IMG/VR virus record: IMGVR_UViG_3300036715_000865
DNA: 34,836 nt
DNA from: an uncultured virus (IMG/VR IMGVR_UViG_3300036715_000865)
Lineage: Duplodnaviria; Heunggongvirae; Uroviricota; Caudoviricetes
Reading direction: 5' to 3' (one strand)
How positions within the stretch are numbered: the first letter of the stretch is position 1; every line of letters starts with the position of its first letter. Positions 16,787-24,032 of the stretch are shown here, in pieces. The notes beneath the pieces are model-generated. The model did no database searches, had not been told where the DNA came from, and saw only the letters and a program-made list of their open reading frames with translations. A program made the position numbers and the translations under genes.

Positions 16787-16863
16787 CAAAAATATTTTAC
16801 AAAATAATCAAATTCTTTCATTGAGGTTACATTTTATTTATAGAACTTCGTTTAAGAATTAAT
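16787..16863 (+). promoter_or_regulatory. Duplicated putative early promoter, copy 2
   Basis: Matches 11508..11584 except for 2 nt and the 15-nt spacer. Confidence 0.7.
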
Positions 16864-16893
16864 TAATTGTTTAACCTGTAAAATTTAAGAAAA

Positions 16894-17238
16894 ATGGAAA
16901 ATTTAGTAACATTAATCGGAAGCAAAGCAATAGTATCTAACTTAGACAAAAGATTGGCGACAGTTATATCTATAGAAGATGACAAGGTCAAATTGGATAT
17001 GGAAAGAATTGGAATACGTGTATTGCCGTTAAGCGTAGTTGAGAATGGGTTTACTGCTCTTCTTGATAACAAAACTCTTATCGAAACATTTGTTCTGAGA
17101 GAGATTCAGATAGGAACTAAAATGGACGAAAAGGCAATCTTTGGTACTGCTATTAGAGTAGGGGAAATCCTTAGAAAGCGTTTCAAAGATATTGATGATA
17201 AAGAATGTTTCCTAACTTTAAAAGGACTTTATCTATAA
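16894..17238 (+). CDS. Hypothetical protein (putative early gene, monocistronic)
   Basis: Lies between the duplicated promoter and a terminator. Confidence 0.75.
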   Translation: MENLVTLIGSKAIVSNLDKRLATVISIEDDKVKLDMERIGIRVLPLSVVENGFTALLDNKTLIETFVLREIQIGTKMDEKAIFGTAIRVGEILRKRFKDIDDKECFLTLKGLYL

Positions 17239-17244
17239 TCATAT

Positions 17245-17272
17245 AAAGGGAGGATTGAAAAATCCTCCTTTT
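17245..17272 (+). terminator. Rho-independent terminator
   Basis: AAAGGGAGGATT-GAAA-AATCCTCCTTTT. Confidence 0.85.
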
Positions 17273-17297
17273 ATATTTTAACAAAGTTAACTTATAT

Positions 17298-17540
17298 ATG
17301 AATTGGAAGAAACGAATAGAGGGTCAGATAATCGAAGCAACCAATCAAAAATCTATAAGTAGAGAATTGAAGCAACTAGCTAAAGAAATGCTTGAAGGAG
17401 ATACTGAATTTAATTTGATTTTTCTTTCGTCCAGAGGTGTTTATGTCAACATCAGATTCATCGAACAAATGAATTCTAAAACTAAAAAGATAATCCTTAC
17501 TAAGTACGGAGCAAAAATCTACAAATACTTTAAATCATGA
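17298..17540 (+). CDS. Hypothetical protein
   Basis: 80-aa ORF with ATGA overlap to the next gene. Confidence 0.65.
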   Translation: MNWKKRIEGQIIEATNQKSISRELKQLAKEMLEGDTEFNLIFLSSRGVYVNIRFIEQMNSKTKKIILTKYGAKIYKYFKS

Positions 17541-18037
17541 AAAAAATATTGATAATTTTAATGCTGTTGAATATTGTGTTATGTTCTTCTGTTTTGCTAA
17601 AAGAAAATAAGAAATTCGTTATGTATAAAACAATAACGAATAATTATGTAGAAAAGACAAACGATTCCTTGTGTGAAGATTCCTTGAGTAAATTTATAAA
17701 TGATGCTAATTTGAGATTTCCAGAAGTTGTTTATGCTCAATGTATCATAGAGAGTGCGCATTTGAAATCAAATTTATCGAAAAATAATAACAACCTTTTA
17801 GGGATGAAACATCCTGGTCAAAGAGCAACTGCAAGCATCGGAAAGAAGAATGGATATGCTCACTTTGTTAGTTGGAAAATGTGTATTTTAGATTATGCTA
17901 TCTGGCAAACTAAGTTTGCTAAAAGTTGTAATACACAAGATGATTATTTAGACCTTCTATCCAGAGTTTATGCCTCAGACAAAAATTATAGGAATAAAAT
18001 AATCAGTTTGATTAATGAGTTCCGAAAAGAAAAATAG
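17537..18037 (+). CDS. Glucosaminidase/FlgJ-like (GH73-type) cell-wall hydrolase with N-terminal signal/anchor
   Basis: AQCIIESA (catalytic Glu), NNNLLGMK, YAHF, YASDKNY; hydrophobic N-terminus. Confidence 0.8.
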   Translation: MKKILIILMLLNIVLCSSVLLKENKKFVMYKTITNNYVEKTNDSLCEDSLSKFINDANLRFPEVVYAQCIIESAHLKSNLSKNNNNLLGMKHPGQRATASIGKKNGYAHFVSWKMCILDYAIWQTKFAKSCNTQDDYLDLLSRVYASDKNYRNKIISLINEFRKEK

Positions 18038-19034
18038 AATAGATAAAAAGAGTTGGGGTCATCTTTTACCTTCTACGGATTTGGATATTTGTATAGAAAA
18101 TTTAGATTTGTTTTTCAATACAATGTTTGATAGACAAGAAATTTGGCATAAGAGATTTATACTAAAACAGGACGCACCCTGGACAAAGGACAAGATTTTC
18201 CGAAATAATAAGTTCACTAATGTATATCGTGAATTAGATAGACATTCTCAATGGCAAATAAATAATGTTTTATTGAAGGAAACTAACAGATTAGAGATAA
18301 TTTGGAAGTTGATGTTGTTTAGGATTTTTAATAAACCCGAACTTTTTGACTTTATAGGTTCTGTAAAAAACAAATCCTTTAATGGAAAAATGCCTAGCTA
18401 TAAGCAGTTTGATGACCAGGAATTTTTTGATTTAGTTTCGAGATTTAGAGCAACAGGTGAAAGTCCTTTTACAAATGCTTATTATATCAATTCTACATTC
18501 TCTAAAGGAACTAGGGATGAATGCTATTGTTTTGTGACTGCGAATATGATACATTCAAATGTGCCTAGGATAAATAGATTATGTTTAGAAGCTGAAGACC
18601 CAGAAGAAATTGTATCTTTCTTCAGAACCATACCAGGTGTAGCTCAATTTATAGCACATGAATTTTATCAAGACTTCACATACTCACCTACTTATTCAGG
18701 AGTTTATTTGATGAAATTTACTCAGGATGACTACACAAATGTTGGACCAGGAGCAAGTCTAGGAGTCAGATTAATATTTCCAATGCTTGTAGGCAAAGGA
18801 CAGGAAGATGCTATACATATATTGACTGATATAGCCAATTCTAAATTAGAGGAATATGGCGACTTCAAATATTTAAATTGGAACAAGAAGGAAAGAAAAT
18901 ATTTCGTCACACCTGGCAAGGGTAGATTATCTTTGCATCAGATTGAGATGTATTTATGTGAATTTTCTAAATATTGGAAGATGAAAGTCGGATTAGGAAA
19001 ACAGAGAAGTATATTCTCACCTAAGAGCAAATAA
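18015..19034 (+). CDS. 5-hmdU DNA kinase-like protein (aGPT-Pplase1 family), DNA hypermodification
   Basis: RQEIW..R....PWTKD.IF...KFTNVYRELDR, FRIFN, FTNAY, GPGA..G and IEMYLCEFSKY motifs. Confidence 0.8.
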   Translation: MSSEKKNRIDKKSWGHLLPSTDLDICIENLDLFFNTMFDRQEIWHKRFILKQDAPWTKDKIFRNNKFTNVYRELDRHSQWQINNVLLKETNRLEIIWKLMLFRIFNKPELFDFIGSVKNKSFNGKMPSYKQFDDQEFFDLVSRFRATGESPFTNAYYINSTFSKGTRDECYCFVTANMIHSNVPRINRLCLEAEDPEEIVSFFRTIPGVAQFIAHEFYQDFTYSPTYSGVYLMKFTQDDYTNVGPGASLGVRLIFPMLVGKGQEDAIHILTDIANSKLEEYGDFKYLNWNKKERKYFVTPGKGRLSLHQIEMYLCEFSKYWKMKVGLGKQRSIFSPKSK

Positions 19035-19044
19035 ACAGCTATTA
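19034..19044 (+). promoter_or_regulatory. Putative late-promoter motif AACAGCTATTA
   Basis: Recurrent motif upstream of 19078/19418. Confidence 0.45.
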
Positions 19045-19077
19045 TTACAATAAATATTTACTAAAAATTTAAATGTT

Positions 19078-19392
19078 ATGAAATCAAATTCAGGAACTAG
19101 ATTATACAAAGTAGAGATAGCATCAGGAGACGATGCAGGAACAGCATTAGAAATTCGTGTTTTAGCAGTAAAAGAAAAAGAATTTGTTGTTTCGAACTTT
19201 GATACCAAGGATTCAGAAAATGCTATTGTTGCAAAAATAAATGAATTAGCAGGAACAGGAACATCTTGCCCTATCGAAATAGGATTGACTCTTACAGAGC
19301 AAGACTTGATTGATTACTTTACTGTAGTTGGAGGAGGAATTTACACAGTTACTGACGTGTATAACGAAGATGTCATTCTTGAAGCGGCATAA
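19078..19392 (+). CDS. Hypothetical protein, possibly virion structural
   Basis: 104-aa acidic, beta-rich ORF behind the putative late motif. Confidence 0.65.
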   Translation: MKSNSGTRLYKVEIASGDDAGTALEIRVLAVKEKEFVVSNFDTKDSENAIVAKINELAGTGTSCPIEIGLTLTEQDLIDYFTVVGGGIYTVTDVYNEDVILEAA

Positions 19393-19417
19393 TTCTTTTG
19401 AATAAAAATAATTCAAT

Positions 19418-20842
19418 ATGAGCAAAAATATCGAACAAATACATGAATTTCAATTTAACCAAAGATTGAATATTCTAAAGGGATTTAAAGAGGTGTCAGG
19501 AATGGCACCACTTCCAATTGAAGACCTTCGTAAATCTTTAGGTGATGAGCCTTTGTATACATCAGAGAATCTTGAAAAGTACACTAAAGATGTGCTTATT
19601 AAAGGCAATGAGACTGATATACAAAAGGCCAAAGAAGTTTTGAATAGTTTGTCTTGTAGAGAGGTGATTGACGAGAATGGATATGTTCAAAATATGTATT
19701 TTTACATTGAGAAAGGATTGCCAAATTCAACTGGAGCAGGTGGTAATGGCTTGGTGAAAAAACAAATTACCGATAAGACTGGTAAAAATACAACTAAATG
19801 GATTAAGCCAGGTGAGGATGATAAAAAAGAAGGCAATTCAGAGTCTTCTGATAATTCTGAAGTTGAAAGTGAAACTGCTGATACAGACGAAACATCTGCT
19901 AATCCTAAAGTTCAAGAACATGCTAAAAATACTTCTACAGAAGATTTGAAAGCATTCCTTCAGAAAGACCCAGATAGTGAACATGCTGACCATGCTAAAG
20001 CAGAGTTGGATTCGAGAGGAGAAACGAATGATGGTGGTGAACCTTACACTACACCTGATGCAGATTCTTTAGATTCTTATTATGCTATGGATGAAGTAGG
20101 TCAGAAAGCTGTATTGCAAGCATCATTTGAACACAATATTCCTTTGAAGGCTGCTATGGCAATGGTTAATTCTAGTTCTTCTGACAATTCTGAAACCCAC
20201 GCTGCTATAGATGGTGCACAAGCTGCTATAGATGCGCTGAAGGAGAAAACAGGACATCCTGGCGTTGCTGGAGAAGATGGACAATCAGATGAAGAACCAG
20301 GAAAAACTACTGAAAACACAAAAGACTTAGTCAACGAACATAAAGACTTAGTCAATACTTTAGAATCAGATTCTCACGAAGATGATAAGGAAGAAGCAGT
20401 CAAGCAGAAAAAAGAATTGGGAGACTTAGAGGAAGAACAAGACAATGATGGTCATGACGATGATGGAGATGGAAGCGATGAAGATGATACCGATTCAGAA
20501 GACGATGATGAGATTGATGAAGATGCTGAGGAAAGAGGAATCCAATATGATAAAGACGACAATCCAGAAAACGAAGATGCTTCAGAGGATGAAGAGGATG
20601 AAGCAAAGTCAGAGATTATTAAACAGGATTTAGAAGATTCTTTTAGTAAATTGGATGATATTGTTGGAGATGAAAATTTCAATATCACAGATTCTCAAAA
20701 CAACGATTCTGATTACAGTAAGGTTTTGAATTATGTCGCTGACCTAGTTGAAGAATATGAAATTGATGAAAATACTTTCAACGAAATTTCTAAAAAATTC
20801 AAAGGACTAGATTTGGTATATTCAGACTTTTCAAGAGATTAA
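19418..20842 (+). CDS. Putative internal head/cargo protein, highly acidic
   Basis: RLNILKGF leader; LRKS, LIKG, IQKA, IEKG sites; hairpin module GLVKKQITDKTGKNTTKW; long D/E tract. Confidence 0.6.
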   Translation: MSKNIEQIHEFQFNQRLNILKGFKEVSGMAPLPIEDLRKSLGDEPLYTSENLEKYTKDVLIKGNETDIQKAKEVLNSLSCREVIDENGYVQNMYFYIEKGLPNSTGAGGNGLVKKQITDKTGKNTTKWIKPGEDDKKEGNSESSDNSEVESETADTDETSANPKVQEHAKNTSTEDLKAFLQKDPDSEHADHAKAELDSRGETNDGGEPYTTPDADSLDSYYAMDEVGQKAVLQASFEHNIPLKAAMAMVNSSSSDNSETHAAIDGAQAAIDALKEKTGHPGVAGEDGQSDEEPGKTTENTKDLVNEHKDLVNTLESDSHEDDKEEAVKQKKELGDLEEEQDNDGHDDDGDGSDEDDTDSEDDDEIDEDAEERGIQYDKDDNPENEDASEDEEDEAKSEIIKQDLEDSFSKLDDIVGDENFNITDSQNNDSDYSKVLNYVADLVEEYEIDENTFNEISKKFKGLDLVYSDFSRD

Positions 20843-20854
20843 CGAAAGTGGTCT

Positions 20855-20865
20855 AACAGAAATTA
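20855..20865 (+). promoter_or_regulatory. Putative late-promoter motif AACAGAAATTA
   Basis: TGGTCTAACAGAAATTA upstream of the portal gene compared with TGGTCATACAGATATTA at 12863. Confidence 0.4.
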
Positions 20866-20889
20866 GTCTTATTAAAATAAGTCAATTAA

Positions 20890-22482
20890 ATGAGTTACGC
20901 AGATAAATTATCAAAATTAGAGATTCTCCAGAACAAGATAGAACTTAAAAAAGGTCTGGTTCTGCAGAAGGCTATGTCGTCCAACTCACCAAATGATATT
21001 TTACGTGCACAGAAAGTTCTTGAGAATATAGAAGAAAGAACGCAAGGAGACAAGAAGAGTTATATTATTGACCCTTTGGATTTTCAGAATAGTTTTGGTT
21101 ACAAAGACAAGCCATTTTCATTGTCGTATCAGACTTTGAAAAGGATGTCTAAAACTCCAATTATTAATGCTATTCTTAAAACTAGGAAGAACCAAATTGC
21201 TGACTTCGCAGAGCCGCAGGCTGACCGTTACTCCACTGGGTTCGTTATCCGTAAGAAAAAGAGATTAGGTGAGAAGGACAGAGAGAACAGTGCTGAAGAA
21301 TGGCAAAGAATTGAAGAGATAACCGAAATAGTTTTAAATTGCGGTGTCAACAATTCTTGGGAAGGTGACGACTTTGAATCTTTTATTAGAAAAATTGTTG
21401 ATGACAGTTTGACATATGACCAAATGACCTTTGAGGTAGTTAGAGACAGAAGTGGCGGAATATTCGAGTTCTTTGCAACAGATGCTTCTACATATAGAGT
21501 AGCTGACTCATACGATGATGATGAATATGACAAAGGAGATAAGGAAATGGTTAAAGGCTATTATCCTTCATATGTTCAAATACATCAAAGTGCTGTCCAA
21601 GCAGATTTTTATCCTTGGGAACTTTGTTTTGGTATTAGAAATCCTTCATCTAATCTTTATAATGTAGGTTACGGCTGCTCTGAACTTGAAGAGTTAGTGA
21701 GCACTGTGACTTCTTTATTATGGGCTGAAGAATACAATAAGAGGTTTTTCAGTCAAGGCTCAGCACCAAAAGGTTTGCTTAAAGTCAAAGGAAATGTTAA
21801 TGAGAAGCAATTGAAGGCTTTCAGACAAGAATGGTTATCTATGGTTACTGGGGTTCAGCAATCTTGGAAAACACCTATCGTTGACGCAGATATTGAATGG
21901 ATTGACTTACAAAAGAACAATCGAGATATGGAATATTCTGCTTGGTCAGAGTATCTAATTAAGATTGCTTGTGCTATTTATGCTATTGACCCTAACGAAA
22001 TAGGATTCAATATAAGTTCTGGTCAAGGAAGTTCTTCTATGTTTGAAGGTAACAACGAACAAAGACTGAAGCACTCCAAAGATAAAGGCTTGTATCCACT
22101 TTTGAAATTCATACAGAGAAAATTAAACAAATATATAATTTCTCAAATTGACCCTGAATATGAATTTCATTTTGTAGGTCTGAACGGATTAACTATAACA
22201 GAAGAGTTAGATATTGAAATCAAGAAATTATCTAACTTCCAAACTGTAAATGAAATTCGTAGCAAATACGGATTAGACCCAGTTAAGAATGGAGATTTGA
22301 TTCTCAATCCTACTTATGCTCAACAACTGTCAATGCAGGCTCAACAAGAAGCGCAAATGGCAGGTGGGATGCCAACAAACAATGACGATGATGACACAAA
22401 TCCTTTCTTAAATTGGAGTTCTGAAGATTCTGATGAAGAAAATCCGTTTGTTAAATCATTTATGTCTAACATAATTAAATAA
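20890..22482 (+). CDS. Portal protein
   Basis: FIRKIVDDSLTYD, GYGCSELE, YNKRFFSQGSAPKGLL, DMEYSAW...IACAIYAIDPNEIGF, GLYPLL, TVNEIR: phage portal motifs. Confidence 0.93.
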   Translation: MSYADKLSKLEILQNKIELKKGLVLQKAMSSNSPNDILRAQKVLENIEERTQGDKKSYIIDPLDFQNSFGYKDKPFSLSYQTLKRMSKTPIINAILKTRKNQIADFAEPQADRYSTGFVIRKKKRLGEKDRENSAEEWQRIEEITEIVLNCGVNNSWEGDDFESFIRKIVDDSLTYDQMTFEVVRDRSGGIFEFFATDASTYRVADSYDDDEYDKGDKEMVKGYYPSYVQIHQSAVQADFYPWELCFGIRNPSSNLYNVGYGCSELEELVSTVTSLLWAEEYNKRFFSQGSAPKGLLKVKGNVNEKQLKAFRQEWLSMVTGVQQSWKTPIVDADIEWIDLQKNNRDMEYSAWSEYLIKIACAIYAIDPNEIGFNISSGQGSSSMFEGNNEQRLKHSKDKGLYPLLKFIQRKLNKYIISQIDPEYEFHFVGLNGLTITEELDIEIKKLSNFQTVNEIRSKYGLDPVKNGDLILNPTYAQQLSMQAQQEAQMAGGMPTNNDDDDTNPFLNWSSEDSDEENPFVKSFMSNIIK

Positions 22483-22486
22483 AGAT

Positions 22487-24019
22487 ATGCCACCACCAAT
22501 AGGAACAAAGAATCTAGGCTTAATAAAAGCCATTCACGTAGGTGTTAATCCTCCATTGAATACTAAAATATTATGGTATAATGACAGTACAAATCCTTAT
22601 ACTTCTGGTCCAGCAAAGGTTCACTATTACTATGATGTGATTTTAGCAGATTGGATGCCTTTAGGTGCTGGAGCAACAATTAATGGGGTTTATACTTATA
22701 TAGCGTTTGCAACAACTTGTGAAGGAGCAGATTTCAGTATGAATTTTGAACCAGGTGTTCATTGTTTCTGGGCTATTATAACTTCTAATACGGTAATTGC
22801 TGTAATTGATTTACTCCCAGAATTGTTCGAAGGAAGATGGACTAAATTTTGTGCTTGCGGAGGGTCAGAAGGTTCTGGTAACTACACTTATATTGCTTTC
22901 GCTGATGATTGTGAAGGAACTAATTTTGGAGAAGAAATGCTGTACGAGGTTGATTGTAACGCTTGTCAGTATGCTGATACTTTCTTAGTTGAAAGTGGTA
23001 ATTCTAGTTTCCAAGTTACGAATACTGGTACAGGAGTAGAGATAGAAATGATTAATGTAGCACCTGGGCAACAACTAATTTTAAATGTTCAGATGACACC
23101 AGCTGTTCTTCTAAATGATTTAATAGATTATGTTGTTAAAGTTTCTACTCTTCCATCGTATGCAGGAGATTTAGAAATAAGTTTAGGAGTGCCGTCTGAG
23201 GTATTATATCTTGCATACCCAACGACAGGAGTAGAGCAGCCAATTCAAAATCAAGGTTCTCAACTTATTATAAATGTTCCTAATAATGGGCAGCCACTCA
23301 TAAATTCTACTATGACTATACAAGTAGGAACTGCAGAGTGTGGTGCTAAAGTTATTGAAGGTCAATGTTTTTTATGTAGATGTTATTTTGGAATAATAAC
23401 TTCACCAACTTTAATTGAAACTTTAACTCCAGAATTGTTTACAAACAAATGGATTAAAATATGTTGTGATTCTAATAACAGTTGCGATTGTGAAGGTAAA
23501 TTCGACTTACTAGAACAACAAATAATAAATCTGAACGAGATGTTGCAAGACCAGATTCAGATTTATAATACTCAAATAAATAATTTAACGATTGAAATTT
23601 CAAATCTTCAATCTCAATTAGTAGAGTGTTGTGAAGCTGCAAATCTTAGAATTAGTAATTTAGAAAACCTTCTGAATGAAACTATAAATTCTTTTCAAGC
23701 AACTTTAGATAGTTTGACAAGTGAAACCGCCACACTAGACGGCAGAGTTGATATATTAGAATCAGAAAGCACTTCTTCAGGAATAATGTTAAAAATTGAT
23801 TCTAATGTTAGAGTTGCTGCTGGTGAAGAGATACAGAAATTTGTAGATACTGTTTATGACCCTGACCGAATGGCAGACTTAGATTATGTAGATACAATTT
23901 CTACTGGAATAGTGGATTACGTTAATACTCAAGTTTCATCTCTTTCTAGTGGGATTGGTGATTTAGATACTATAACGACAGACCACGAAGCAAGAATAGT
24001 TGTTTTAGAAACGCCTTAA
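22487..24019 (+). CDS. Cys-rich fibre-like structural protein with C-terminal coiled coil
   Basis: Internal repeats YTYIAFAxxCEG (x2) and ITS...PELF...W.K (x2); long heptad region ending DHEARIVVLE. Confidence 0.65.
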   Translation: MPPPIGTKNLGLIKAIHVGVNPPLNTKILWYNDSTNPYTSGPAKVHYYYDVILADWMPLGAGATINGVYTYIAFATTCEGADFSMNFEPGVHCFWAIITSNTVIAVIDLLPELFEGRWTKFCACGGSEGSGNYTYIAFADDCEGTNFGEEMLYEVDCNACQYADTFLVESGNSSFQVTNTGTGVEIEMINVAPGQQLILNVQMTPAVLLNDLIDYVVKVSTLPSYAGDLEISLGVPSEVLYLAYPTTGVEQPIQNQGSQLIINVPNNGQPLINSTMTIQVGTAECGAKVIEGQCFLCRCYFGIITSPTLIETLTPELFTNKWIKICCDSNNSCDCEGKFDLLEQQIINLNEMLQDQIQIYNTQINNLTIEISNLQSQLVECCEAANLRISNLENLLNETINSFQATLDSLTSETATLDGRVDILESESTSSGIMLKIDSNVRVAAGEEIQKFVDTVYDPDRMADLDYVDTISTGIVDYVNTQVSSLSSGIGDLDTITTDHEARIVVLETP

Positions 24020-24032
24020 TAAATAATTTACA

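Noticed and set aside
11508..16863. The 77-nt repeats as att sites or transposon ends
   Set aside because: No integrase or transposase in the window. The central 15 nt differ while spacing is fixed, and each copy sits just before a start codon, which fits a promoter better.
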